A DNA stretch of 61,760 nucleotides, the filler included, from Xylographa opegraphella (Eukaryota): NCBI GenBank assembly GCA_022813865.1. It is 4 parts of 4 records of this genome, joined end to end, with 100 filler letters (N's around TTAATTAATTAA, not from the genome) between each part and the next. Parts side by side here need not be neighbours in the genome. Positions count along the whole stretch, not along the records: positions 1 to 15,416 come from JALDZX010000150.1; positions 15,517 to 30,901 come from JALDZX010000151.1; 2 more parts are not named here. One strand, 5' to 3'. Below, piece after piece: positions 13,200-25,199 of the stretch. Numbering within the stretch: the stretch's first letter is position 1; each line of letters begins with the position of its first letter. The notes under the pieces are model-generated. The model ran no database searches, was not told where the DNA came from, and was given only the letters and a program-made list of their open reading frames with translations. The position numbers and the translations under genes are program-made.

Positions 13200-15300
13200 T
13201 TTCTGCGATTAAACCAGTATAAAAATCGACGTTTTTATTACGTTTTTGCGATAAATACCTTTCAAATCGTAGCTCGTTCTGCTATTTATTAATTTTCGAT
13301 AGAATTATTTACCCTCGTATATCATAAGTCGTAAAAATTGAAGTAAATTTTATTGCAAAAATTCGATTTTTTATAACAATAAACGTTATTTAATATTTTT
13401 TTAATTAAACGTTCGTATAAATATTTTCTCGAACTTTTTTAAACGCTCGAACGTTAATTAATATTAAAAATAAAAATTTAGCAAAAACATTAATAGAAAT
13501 AAAAACAAACGTTAACCCCGCGATTTTATTATAAATAATAATAAAAATATTATCGAACTACGCGAACGAGCTTATTTCGTTATAATATCGTTTATTTTTA
13601 ATTTAATAAAGAAAGACAGCAAAGCGAGAAAAAAAAGGAGAAGAAGGAGGAAAAAAGAGGGGAGGGGGAAAAGGGGGGGGAAAAGGGGGGGAAAAGGGGG
13701 GGAAAAGGGGGGGAAAAGGGGGAGGAAAAGAAGGGGGGGGAAAGAAAAGAAAAGAGAAAAACCGGGGCGATCTTGGCGAATAGGAAAAAAAGGGGGGATT
13801 AAACGAATAAAAACGTAATTATCGCTTTAACGATAATAAAAAAATCTTTAATTTTTAAACTATATAAATTAAAATTAAAGTTTTTTAATTTATTACGCAA
13901 TTTATTTTAATACATCGTAACGTAATTTTATAAAATAAAAACTCATTCGTTCGAATACGTAATTACGCAGAATTTAAATAAATTCTTTTAATTAATATAT
14001 TATTTTTATTTTGTTTTATAATCGACGGCTCGTACTGCGCGATTATTTAATATTAAAAATTTTATTTATAATATTTATAACGATTTTATTCAGAGTTAAA
14101 CCTTAGAATTTATAAATCGTAATAGCGTATACGAATACGATCGAAAATATCGTTCGATTATTTATTACGTTTTTAACGTTTTATTTTTATTAAATCGATG
14201 ATAACGAAATTATAAATGGTTCGTTCGAGATTCGCTAACAATAATCGATTTTAAATATATATTTAAAATAAGTTATAATACTACGGGCTAAATAGTTAGT
14301 AAATTATTTTTAAACGTTATATTATATCGTAAAAAATAATTAAAGTTTAATTTATAAAATCGAAATTCGTTAACAAATTATAATTAATTATTAAACAATA
14401 TTGATTGTTTAATTTTTTTTACAGATCTTCGACGTTATTATTTAAATAATTTTTATAAACGGCGGGGTATATTTAACGTCGATTTAAATTATAAAACGAT
14501 TATTATTTCGTAATATATTAAAATTATAACGATTTATAACTTTATAAATAACGTAAATAAATAAAACGTTATTAAACTGTATGCGAACGTTTAAAAGTAA
14601 ATTTTATTTTATTCGTTAAATTAAAAATTTATAAGTTTTTAAAATAATTTCGCTTATTCGCAAATTATTTAAAAACGTTTGAAATCGAACGAATTTTTTA
14701 TTTTTACTTTATTAACGTATCATTTACGTTAAGCAAATCGTACGATTAAATAATTCGTATAAACTTTACGTAATAATAATTTCGAGCTTGCAAAATAAAA
14801 TAATATCATACAGCAAAATCGCGGCTATAAAGAATAGCCAAAGAAAATCGCTATAAAAAATATTTATACCATCGAACGGCGTATTAAATTAATGCGAAGA
14901 TATCTCTCGAAGTCGTACTTCAATATATTATAATATAATCAAATTTATTATGAATTTTTCGTTAATAGTTAAATATCGATAATCTTTAAATAATTACTAA
15001 ATCGTTAATAAAAACGTATTGTTTGAAGATTAAAATAATTGTCGAATCGATAATTAAAACAGTAATTACAAAGTTTTACTTTAAATTAAAATCGTCGTAA
15101 TTTTGATTAAAATCGCTCGTTTTATCGAATTTAATCGCTTAAACGTTTTCGCTCGATCGAATAAATCAATTAATATTATATTAATTAAATATCATTTATT
15201 CGTTTAAGTCGAATTGTTAATATATAATATTAATTAATTTAACGTACGCCCAAATTCGAACGTTTAATTATAATAAATAATTTTATCGAATGCTATACGT
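13200..15300 (+). pseudogene. Possible RIP-degraded N-terminal part of a DUF3505-type (RecQ-helicase-associated) ORF
   Basis: Weak remnants resemble VxCQxFF...YF (13380-13430) and xPWLxxTxW (13512-13550). Judged by eye on heavily mutated DNA. Confidence 0.25.
13620..13760 (+). repeat. Purine-only G/A tract with (G7A4)n units
   Basis: About five GGGGGGGAAAA units at 13663-13745 inside an essentially pyrimidine-free stretch. Confidence 0.9.
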
Positions 15301-15357
15301 TATATAAAAATTAAGATATATTCGATTCGTTTTAAATATATTAAATAACTTGGTTTT

Positions 15358-15416
15358 TATTAAAAGGCACGTGTATTTGGATCAGGGCGGGGGCAACAGT
15401 AATCGTATATTCGGTG
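15358..15416 (+). mobile_element. LTR family E 5' part
   Basis: Identical to 49217-49275 (TATTAAAAGGCACGTGTATTTGGATCAGGGCGGGGGC...); ends at an N gap. Confidence 0.7.
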
Positions 15417-15516
15417 NNNNNNNNNNNNNNNNNNNNNNNNNNNNNNNNNNNNNNNNNNNNTTAATTAATTAANNNNNNNNNNNNNNNNNNNNNNNNNNNN
15501 NNNNNNNNNNNNNNNN
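15417..15516. other. Artificial scaffold gap with TTAATTAATTAA linker
   Basis: N44-TTAATTAATTAA-N44; the same construct occurs at 30902-31001 and 46336-46435. Confidence 0.95.
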
Positions 15517-15580
15517 GGAGCAACCTCGGGGCCAGGTTCCTCCTGTCCCGAGATTCCCTGTGAAGGTGAGAACCTTAACA
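15517..15580 (+). mobile_element. LTR 3' end (terminus related to family B)
   Basis: GC-normal; ends GAACCTTAACA like 383-393. Confidence 0.55.
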
Positions 15581-15899
15581 TTAAATCTGTATTTAAATTT
15601 TTTAAATTATAATTTCAATTGTTAAGTTTCTCGAGAAGTTTATTAAACGTAATGATTAATTTTTTAATATATTATTACGTCGACGGCGTTTCGATTCGCG
15701 GCGTATTATCTAATTTTTATTTAATTAATTTTTTTAACAAAAGGTACGACGCTAATATTTTTATTCAATTTTAAAACATAATTTTATAGCCCGCGTTGCG
15801 ATATAAATTTATTTTATTTTATTGACAAATAAAAAAAATATATTAATAAAAATAAAATACGTCGTAACGAAACAATTGGCGACAGTATCAATTTATAAA

Positions 15900-17300
15900 T
15901 ATCAAAAAAAAATTCGTATAATTTTATTCTTATAGTATCAGCAAAACGTCGAAGTATAATATAATCAAATACATATTATTTATTTCAGCGAGTAAAATAC
16001 GTTATTTGAATACGCGTTATATATTACGGCATTTAATACTTTTAGATTTCAATTTTATCGCTACTTATTTTTATAGAATAATTCAAGTGTATATACTTTC
16101 TTGCGAATTTAATCAATATTTATAGCAATATAAATTCCAAAAAATTTAATAATATTCTTCTCGTAATGTAAAGGAGAAAAAAGAAATAATACGCGTTAAA
16201 AGTAGAAATTATTCTCGTGATTAACGTAACGTTAAATTAATATTAATTCAATAAAATTATTCAATTAATAATTTTTACGTTAATATTATTAAATAAAAAT
16301 TACAGTATATTCTCGTGTTCTATACGCTTTCCCGTTTTTATATAGTATAATTTTTGCGGAAATTATTATCTTTACATATTAATAAAAGAATATTATAATA
16401 CAAAAATTTAATATCGTACTTACGTTAAGAGTATAATTAAACGGTAATTATTACAAATTAATTAAATTATTTATTTAATTTTTCAAACAAAATATCGCGG
16501 GCGCTATTAAAATATTATAAACGTTAAATACGCATTTTCTTTAATTTTTTAACTATATTTAAATAATAAATAACGAAAAATATATTTATGAATCGTTTGC
16601 ATCCCGCTTAAAATATAAAAATACTATTAATCTCGTGGAATTTTTACTAAAAAAAATATACTTACCATTGCTTTTACCGGTTCGATTATTTAAAGATTTA
16701 AAAGGTAAAAAACGAAACAGACGATATTAACATTTAAAAATAAATAATCGAATAAATATAAAACAATTTAAAATATTTCCCTCAGCGCTTTAAATTCTTT
16801 ATTGATAAATTATAAAATAAATTTTAAATATAAGGCGCGTACGAAAAAGGCGATCAATTTAAAACGCGTAATAAATTAAAAAGCAAAGTTCTGACGGTAA
16901 ATAACGTTTAAAGCTTTAAATATACTTTCAATTTCGAAATCGTTAAAATAACCGCCAGAAATTTTAATAAAAATAATATAATCCTTAAACTTTTTAATAT
17001 TAAATACCTTTATATTTCGTATTAGAACCTTAATTTAATTCGATTTTTCGACGAATTAATTGTTCAAATTTAAAGAAACAGTACGAAAATCTTTTATTAA
17101 TTTTAAAAAATCGATGAATTATTATACAAAAATATTATTTAAAATAAAATTCTCGTTTTATAACTACTGTATTCAAAATATAACTTTCGTTTAAATAACA
17201 GAATAATTTATTATTATAATAAATACTCGGTCGGCCGTATTACGTTAAATACGAATATTACATTTTAATATATTATTAATTTTCGAAATTAAACATTTAA
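15900..17300 (-). pseudogene. RIP-degraded DUF3505/telomere-linked RecQ-helicase-like ORF
   Basis: On the minus strand, GAA CAA TTA ATT CGT (RIP form of GQPAR) at ~17065 is in frame with RYLPSELCFLIYY...RLF 48 codons later (~16906). A possible TGGGK Walker-A remnant (ACC GGT AAA AGC AA) lies at ~16680. Confidence 0.4.
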
Positions 17301-17919
17301 AAGTAATTTCAATAATTTAATCGAAATTTTAGTCGTAATAAATATAATCATAATCGACAGGAATTTTATTATTTTCTCGTTCGTTACTAAAATTACTACA
17401 ATTAAAACTTTAGTTATTCTTTTTATTATATTTTCAGTTATTATCGTATTCGCCATAATCGCGATTTCTTGATATATAAATAATATTAATGAAAAATATA
17501 ACGTATTTTAATTTGCGAGTCAATACATATTTATTTTTTTTTAAAAATAATTAAATTTCACGAATTTTGTATTATTAATTATTATGAAAAAATAAAGGCT
17601 AAATCAAATTTTAAATATAAAACGTTAAATAATAAATAAGTTTTAATAATATAAAAATCAGCGGTACAAATAAAATCGACAAATACACAAATTATATATA
17701 ATAATAAATTAAAACTTTTCGACCTATTAATTAATATAATATATAAAAAATAGTATAATAATCAATAACGAAAGAAATTTTTTCGTATTTAACGAAAGCG
17801 AGAATATATTTTATACGTACGAAAGCGAGAAAATATTATATACGTATTAATTTTATAATCAATTGTTCAATATATTAATAAACGCTTGATTAAACATATT
17901 TAAATCTAGAAAAATCCTA

Positions 17920-18330
17920 GTAATTATAATTATCGTCGTTATCGCACGTAAATTTAATATTCTTAATATTATATATATCGACAACTTCGATTGATCTAAC
18001 GAAAGTTAAAACTTTTTTACAAAAAATATAATTATCGTTGTCGCCGTACGTAAATTTAATATTTTTAATATTTCATATATTGACAATTTCGGTTTATTTA
18101 ACGAAAGTTAAATTTTTTTACAAACAATATAATTATTATCGTCGCCGTACGTGGATTCAGTATTTTTAATATTATATATATCGACAACTTTGATTTATTT
18201 AGCAAAAGTTAAATTTTTTTCGCGAATACTATAATTATTATCGTTATCGTACGTAAATTTAATATTTTTAATATTATATATATTATTAATTTCAATTAAT
18301 TTAGCAAAACTAAAAAAAATTTACGAATTA
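17920..18330. repeat. Four tandem ~102-bp units (34-codon period), RIP-degraded
   Basis: CG(C/T)ACGT anchor at 17943, 18045, 18147 and 18248. Confidence 0.85.
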
Positions 18331-18927
18331 TATTTCATATCGTACAACGTATAAAAATAATATACGATTGAAATAATTTAATTTATCAAATAACGTAAAC
18401 TCGACTCTTAAAAGGTATAATTAAAGCGAGTTAAATTATTTACCCTAGGCCTAGTGGAAAAACATTGAGTTTGTTGCTAAAGGTCCCTACTAAACACAAA
18501 CGCGAGAAATAGTTAGCAGGCACCCAGGGAATTGCCGCGACAAGTGTGGGACGACAGAGAAAAGCGAGGATGACCTCGTGGTAAGCGGAAAGAGAGGGTG
18601 ATCGCAGTAAACTGTCGGAACGACCGATGAAACGTAGCAGATAAATTGTTGAAACACTTTGGGCAGAAACGAGATCAAGTGAATCGCAGACTGCCAAGAG
18701 AAGGTGCACGAATGAATAAAGTTGTGGGAGAACAGAGAGCTTCTTCCACAGTCGAGATAAGCATTCCAAATCAAGGCTCTATTAGGAATTAACTTTGTTC
18801 AAGCTTCCTTTACTTCAATTGCCAGAAGCCTGGAACATATTATTTTTGTAATCCAGCACCACCGCGACACCAGAGGCTTGCCGGTTCAAATATCGATTAC
18901 ATGTAAATTTTCCACCTGCCTCCTCGT

Positions 18928-21077
18928 CTAGAAGTCTTTCCGGGCATGCTTGCTCCTTTTTCTCAGCGATTCACCATAGAAGTACAACACAAAAGGAATT
19001 GGTATAAATGCAATGGACAGGAATGCTAACGTAGAGCTAGCCCATGCAACCCCGAGGTTATTGTACATTGCCGAGGCAAATAATGGAAAGCCAGCACCGA
19101 AGGACGATCTCATCAAATCGTTTCCAGCTAGGACGGAAGCAGCGTAGTCAGGGTAAGCGTCGCCTAAATAATTCAAGACTGAGTTGAACAAGAGGAGTGT
19201 GCCGACAGCAAAGAATCCGGAACCAACGATTGGCTGTAGTTAGATTAATGGTGGAGAATCATTATTATCGATACCATATCTTACCATAATCCAACTGATG
19301 CTTGGTCTAGCAGACCACCCAAACCAGAGAAGACAGACAGGAATAAAGAACCCACCAACACATGCCTAACAACAAGGTCAGCACGATAGATACATATTGA
19401 CTCCGTTGCACGTACTGCCTGCAAGCGAATTTCAGGTTTCAACTCTCCATTTGAATTAAATTGAGGTTCCACATATTTGTGGAGGTACCAAAAGAACGGA
19501 GGGATAGCAATGGCGGCGCCAATAAGAATCCCAGAAAAAGCAACTCCCTCTAATTCAAGACTGAAGCCGTAGATATCCTCGAATACGATCGGAAACGATT
19601 CAAACCAAATGTAAAGCAGACCATAGATGAGGGCGATGTAGAGATTCAATAAGAATACCATAGGTTCTGTAAAGTTTAAAGTGAACGGACGAATGAGAGA
19701 AATCATCGCGATTTCCTTGCCGGTCATATTTTCCCCAGCGATCTCAGGCTCGCACTTCAGACTTTGATTTCCAGTCAGGACACGGAGTCTTCTAGCTCGA
19801 CGATCTTGGTGAAAAGTTAGTCAATAAGCCCTGCACCATACTAGGACTACCCACATAGTATGTTTGCGGACGAGGTCTCAGGTAAGAAGAAAATCAGTAA
19901 CAGGAGAGAGAAGCCCGACAGCCACATCAACTCCCTAGATTTTGATCAGCCGTCGGCTACAGGCATTGCCATAACGGTCGTGGTACCACATACCAAATGG
20001 CCCAATTCCATTGCTCGTTTTGAACCGCAAAACCACCTATCAAGGGTCCCCCGACAGGGCCTCCGATCGCTGCTATTCCCCACTTCATGGGACCATTAAC
20101 TTTTTGGGGTAATTAAACGGTTGGTTGGGCTATACTTACGATGGCGATACCATACGCTCGCTTGCGTGGAGTGTACATGTCACCGATAGACGCACCCCCA
20201 GTAGCTAGAACGGGGCTCCCAATAAACCCTACAGACGTGGGGCATCAGCGAGGAGTGAATTCTAGCTGTTGTCTACTCCCGGGATGACTTACCCGTGAGA
20301 AAGCGAAAGCAAAGCAACATGGTAAAGTTCGTTGCTAGGGCCACAGGAACCTGTAGTAGGACGAAGACGAACAGTGTTCCAATGTAAACAGGGCTCCGGC
20401 CAATCTGGGGTATCTCCGACAAAGGCGCCCATAACATTGGTCCGAGGCCGTAGCCAGCCACAAAAAGTGTTAAGCCGAGTGTTGCCTACCATTGATGCTT
20501 AGCATAGATCTAGGAGAACATATTGGCCGGAAATTCCACTGACCTTGACCTGGCTCACATTGTAGTAGGCCACTACACCCTCTATACCGGGAGTATAGAT
20601 GGCAGATCCGATGTATACGGAGAGAGTAAGAAGACATATCTCGAAGGTAACAAGCACTTTCTTAAGAAGAGACCAGTTTATGGGGTTCTATATTATTCGT
20701 CAAGAAGGGACAAATTGGAAGGAGAAACCGCATAAGGATACCTCCGGGTCACCATCGCCATACCAATGCACGACGTTGGTGTCGCTACCATTCTCCGGGT
20801 CGACGAGGTGGCCAAGAGCATTGGTCTGTATGTTACTCTCGCGGCGTGTGGTCGAAGAGTCCCGTGGAAAGCCGTCGGGGAACTGAGACGCATCGGTTTG
20901 GTCTACTGCCTGCTCATCGCCGGTGTGCCCATGATGAGCCATTCGCATCGTCTTCTCATCATGAACATATCGCTTCCACAAGCTAGGATCTCGGTCCTCC
21001 GCATACGATAACAACCGACCCCCACTGAGATATCGAAGCAGATGGCCGAAGACAGTGTCACGGATTAGTTCTAACAT
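18928..21077 (-). CDS. MFS multidrug transporter, DHA1 family (Flr1/Caf5/Mdr1-like), 9 exons
   Basis: Spliced at GT..AG introns the frame stays open: MLELIRDTVFG...WYGDGDPE|NPINWS...IGSAIYTPG...GYGLGPMLWAPLSEIPQIGR...FRFLTG|FIGSPVLATGGASIGD...LPETS...YLGDAYPDYAASVLAGNDLMRSSFGAGFPLF...KDF*. These are canonical DHA1 motifs. Confidence 0.92.
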
Positions 21078-21291
21078 ACTGCAGGTGGTCACGATGGGAG
21101 AGGGCACACAGACCGGTTGATTAAGGTGTAGTTAGAAGATCGATCAATATGGCCTCGTACGTCAAGACCTCAGGCTGCCCTCCCTGGCTAGGAGCCATCG
21201 TCATCAATATGAGTGGAATCCACTTTTTCGGGGCTTCCAGCACATTTTTCATTGGGAACTGATTGACCAACCAGGGTGTCACTATGGAGTA

Positions 21292-21629
21292 CGGTGGACA
21301 TAGTACAATTGGGACCTTTGGCAGGATTTTGGGTAGTGTCGTGTTGTGTTAAAATAAACATTATGTGGTACGCTAAGTCCAGTGTATAGTCAGATCAAAA
21401 TATTTAAAAACGACGTAATGTGCTTTATTGCGAGTTTTGATTAATGGAGGCTAAAGTTTAACTATAATTTATATCCGAATAGGTTTGTTGTATCAGCTTT
21501 AATAAAGATATTAATAACATTTACGCTAAATAATATTGCTGTTATATTAACTGTAAAAGATAAGGCTGAGTTATAGTAGGCTTAATTTAACATAGCCCAA
21601 AATTTTGCAAAAGGTCCCAAATGCCTCCG
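21292..21629. mobile_element. 338-bp MITE (Tc1/mariner-type, TA TSD) in the MFS upstream region
   Basis: Left end TA|CGGTGGACAT...TTGGGACCTTTGGCAGGATTTTGGG; right end CCCAAAATTTTGCAAAAGGTCCCAAATGCCTCCG|TA. The inner 25-bp inverted repeat matches at 22/25; the interior is AT-rich. Confidence 0.75.
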
Positions 21630-21720
21630 TACGAAGTAGTTTACTGACAACTTTGATACTCGGGCGGTATTTTGGTGGCGCCAGATCCCGGATCATGAAT
21701 CATGACGATGACGATGACGA

Positions 21721-22095
21721 TTTGTTGCAGCGTAGCTGCTCCAAGGATGAGGGGGTCCAAATTCAACTTCGGCCGCTAGTGACGCGCAATGATCCGCTCC
21801 GATCAGTACAATATTCCCTCTTTCGGTTTAGCTTCTCGGGGGCCTTGGCTTTCCACAACGCTGCATATTGAGCGAGAGGTCCCCTGTCGCAATATGGGAC
21901 CCCTATTTCGAGCTTATTGCAGCGTAGCTGCTCTAAGGATGAGAGGGTGCAAATCGAACTTCGGGCGCTAGTGGCGCGGTATTTCCGCTTCGATTAATAC
22001 TTTATTTCCTATTCAAGTTTAGCTCTAAAAGGTCTTGATTTTCCACAACGTTGTATATTGAACGAGAGGTCGCTTTACGCTGGATCACCTGGTTA
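21721..22095 (+). repeat. Tandem duplication of a ~192-bp repeat-family unit
   Basis: TTGCAGCGTAGCTGCTC..AAGGATGAG at ~21725 and ~21917; TTCCACAACG.TG.ATATTGA.CGAGAGGTC at ~21851 and ~22041; a third, RIPped copy at 11460-11650. Confidence 0.85.
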
Positions 22096-24099
22096 ATTGA
22101 TGATCGAATGTTCGAATAGATTGATCGGACATTATCCTGACCGAATATTATATTCGATTAGGTAATACATACGTAATTATACATAATTATACGTCATTTT
22201 AAAGTAATTTATATAATTAACGTTATTTATATAGTTTTTACAATAATATTACGTTTTTTATATATCATATTATATTATATTATTTATTTATTTATATTAT
22301 AATAATTATTATATAATTTAATATACTATAATAATTATGAGCTCGAAATCGCTTTAAATATTATTAATTTATAATTAATTTGGTTTGAAACTTTATTTTA
22401 AACCAATAGATACCTTTATTTTTTGATTAAAATTTTATTTAAATCGTGAATTTTGAATTAAAATAGCCGAAAATCAATAGAATAATTTTTTACAATTTTT
22501 AAATTAATAAAATAATAATATATACAAATTAAAAATTATTTAAAGAGTGCAAATAAATAAAAATATATGATTTTTTTTAATACGCAGTCGAAGTTTATCA
22601 AGCTATTTATATATATACAAATAATAAAATTATCATAAATAATAATTGTAATAGTAATTTTATTAGCAGTTTTAACGTTTTCAATCGCAGGCGAAAATAT
22701 TAAAATATTTAACGTATTTACGTCGAGTATCGTAAATTTATTCTTTTTAGCAAAAAACGCTTTGATTTATTTTAAATTCTTTTCGAATAACAGCGGAAAA
22801 AGTAAAAAAGAAATTAACGAGATAATAATTAAAAATTAAACTTAACATAAAAATATTATAAAATAAAACATTATTTATTTATTGATTAATTATTAATTAA
22901 CAGTTTTACGCAGCGATTTAAATAAAAAATATTTTAATAAATAAATTAATAATTATTGTAAAGTTATTTTCGCTTTTTACGCGTATTTATCGATTTATTT
23001 TAATTAATTATTATATCAAACTTTAAAGCTAAGGCTATAATAAAAGAATCAAGTCGTAAATTAATTTATAGTAAACTTTTAATGCGAAAGCCCTAATTTA
23101 CTTATTTATTCTAAACGTTATAATATTTTTTGATTTTATTTACGCAATTGACGAGTTTAATTATAATAAGATTATTTACCTTTAAAGTTTTTGAGTTACG
23201 AACGACGAATTAATGATATTTTTATCGCTATTTATTTTACTATTAATAGTTAATAATTATTATAAAAAGTTATTTCAAATTTCGATAAAATAACGAGCGT
23301 AAACGTTTTATTAACTACGTCGAAGCAGATAAAAAGAAATAAAAAAAGAAAATTATAATAAAGAAAAAAAAGAGAAAGAATATTCGTTCGAAACAAATAA
23401 AGCGAAAAAGAAATACGAAAGCGCCAGCAAATACAGCATTATTAATTATAAATTGTGATCGATCGGATTGTAATATAAAAAAATAAAAAATTAGCTCGCG
23501 ACGTATAGAAAATACTTTAAAAAATATAAAAAATATTATTAAAAAGTGACAAAGTAATTTTAAAACCTATTCGCGATTAAAATATAAACGAAAATTTATA
23601 AAAACGAAATTTTAAAATTTATTAACGTTATTATATTAATAATAAAAACGATAAAAACTTCGACAGCGGTCGTTAATCAATAAATTATTAATAATTTTAT
23701 CAAAATTTATATTATTAACGACGTTTTAAAGGTTTTATTTAAATTTATTTTTAATTTCGAAGATTTTTCTATTTAAATTAATAATAATGACTTTTTAACG
23801 ATCGCAATAAAAATATAGTAAATTCGAATTTTTTATTATAATTAAAAAAAGTTCCAGTGTTACGACGCTATGTATTATTTTTAATTTATTTTAATATTAT
23901 ATTCGAAAGCGCTCTGCGTCGTAAACTCGACGTTCATTATTATAATGATAATAATATATTTTGTTTTAAACTAAAATTATTTATTAAAAATTTTATATCA
24001 ACGAATTGAATTTTTTATTTTTAAACGTAATAACGTCGTCGAAAAAATTAATTTCGTACGTTTTTTATTAGCCGCGTAATAATTCAAAAAATTTAATAT

Positions 24100-24355
24100 T
24101 GTGGCGGATTCGGGGCGGGTCTTTTGGGCGCTTTTTGGATTTCGAGCTTCCTTCCTCACGCATCTGCATATAGCGATAGAGCAGCAGAGCCACAACGGCA
24201 GTTAATTCGTTTTTTCTTCTTTTCACTCTCTGTCGGACGGATAGTNACCTTATTCAGAAAAGACTTGACCTAGCTGCGACCCCGATCCAATCCTTTTGCC
24301 TACCCCTTTGCCTACTCAACTAGGCTGCTGCGGACTTCCTACGAATTCCTTTACA
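24100..24355 (+). mobile_element. Solo LTR family D, second copy
   Basis: Reverse complement of 12062-12317 with only a few differences; TG...CA termini; no TSD. Confidence 0.8.
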
Positions 24356-24439
24356 TTAGTTACTGTCTAAATTATTTATCATAAAAATCGAAATTTAAAA
24401 CGCGTTGGCATGGGCATTAATATCCATAAAATATTATTA

Positions 24440-24850
24440 CGATATTAAATATCAACCAATATTCTTTGAAGTCGAAGATTAGATATTGCTACGATTATAT
24501 TAAAGATATACTATTTTATTAATAAAAGGTAAAAAGTTAAATTTACAGTTTACAGGCCCGTTTCGAGTAATAAAACGAATCAAATAGTTTATTTATAAAT
24601 TAAACTTTTTTACGATTTAAAAAGTTTGTTTTATAATATTGATCGCGATACTCGAACCATTGCCGCGAAAAAATAATTTATACTAACGAAGTCGTTTTAT
24701 CAATTTATTTTAATATATATTAACGGGAATATTAAATTTTATAAAAATTACGAGCTAAGTAAAATTATTAGTAAAAGAATTACGTTTATCAAATTAATAC
24801 GATATTTAATACAATAAAAAAATATAATTTATAATTTAATCAATAAATAT
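24440..24850 (+). mobile_element. RIP-degraded Gypsy integrase C-terminus (GPF motif plus chromodomain-like tail)
   Basis: 24546-24581 translates QFTGPFRVIKRI, followed by YELSKIISKR...IRYLI. Confidence 0.7.
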
Positions 24851-25199
24851 TAATTTCGTAGTTAAATAATGCCGTAAATATAATAAAAAAATTTAAAAAA
24901 CTCGTAAAATTATAATTTAAAGTCAGAAAGGGGCGAAAAATCAAATATACGAAATAATTTTTTAAATATATATATAATATTAGCGAAAACGCTAAACTTT
25001 TTTTTATAACTCGATATATTATTATATATTCAATACAGAACGCTGGTTTATACGCACGCTTGGCAATATTTGGCAATTATTTAACAATTCAGCGTTTTTA
25101 TATAGTAGCTTTCGAGCCTTTACAAAGAAGCATTTTTTATATTTTTAATACAATCAAATTGGTTGTGACATCGACGTTTTAAAAGTCAATTAACTTTAT

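Noticed and set aside
20640..20690. Suspected frameshift in MFS exon 2
   Set aside because: Careful reading gives NPINWSLLKKVLVTFEICLL in a single frame.
21188..21301. 37-codon minus-strand upstream ORF starting in the MITE TIR
   Set aside because: It ends in a stop; the family-typical N-terminus (MLELIRDTVFG) already starts at 21077; no evidence that it is translated.
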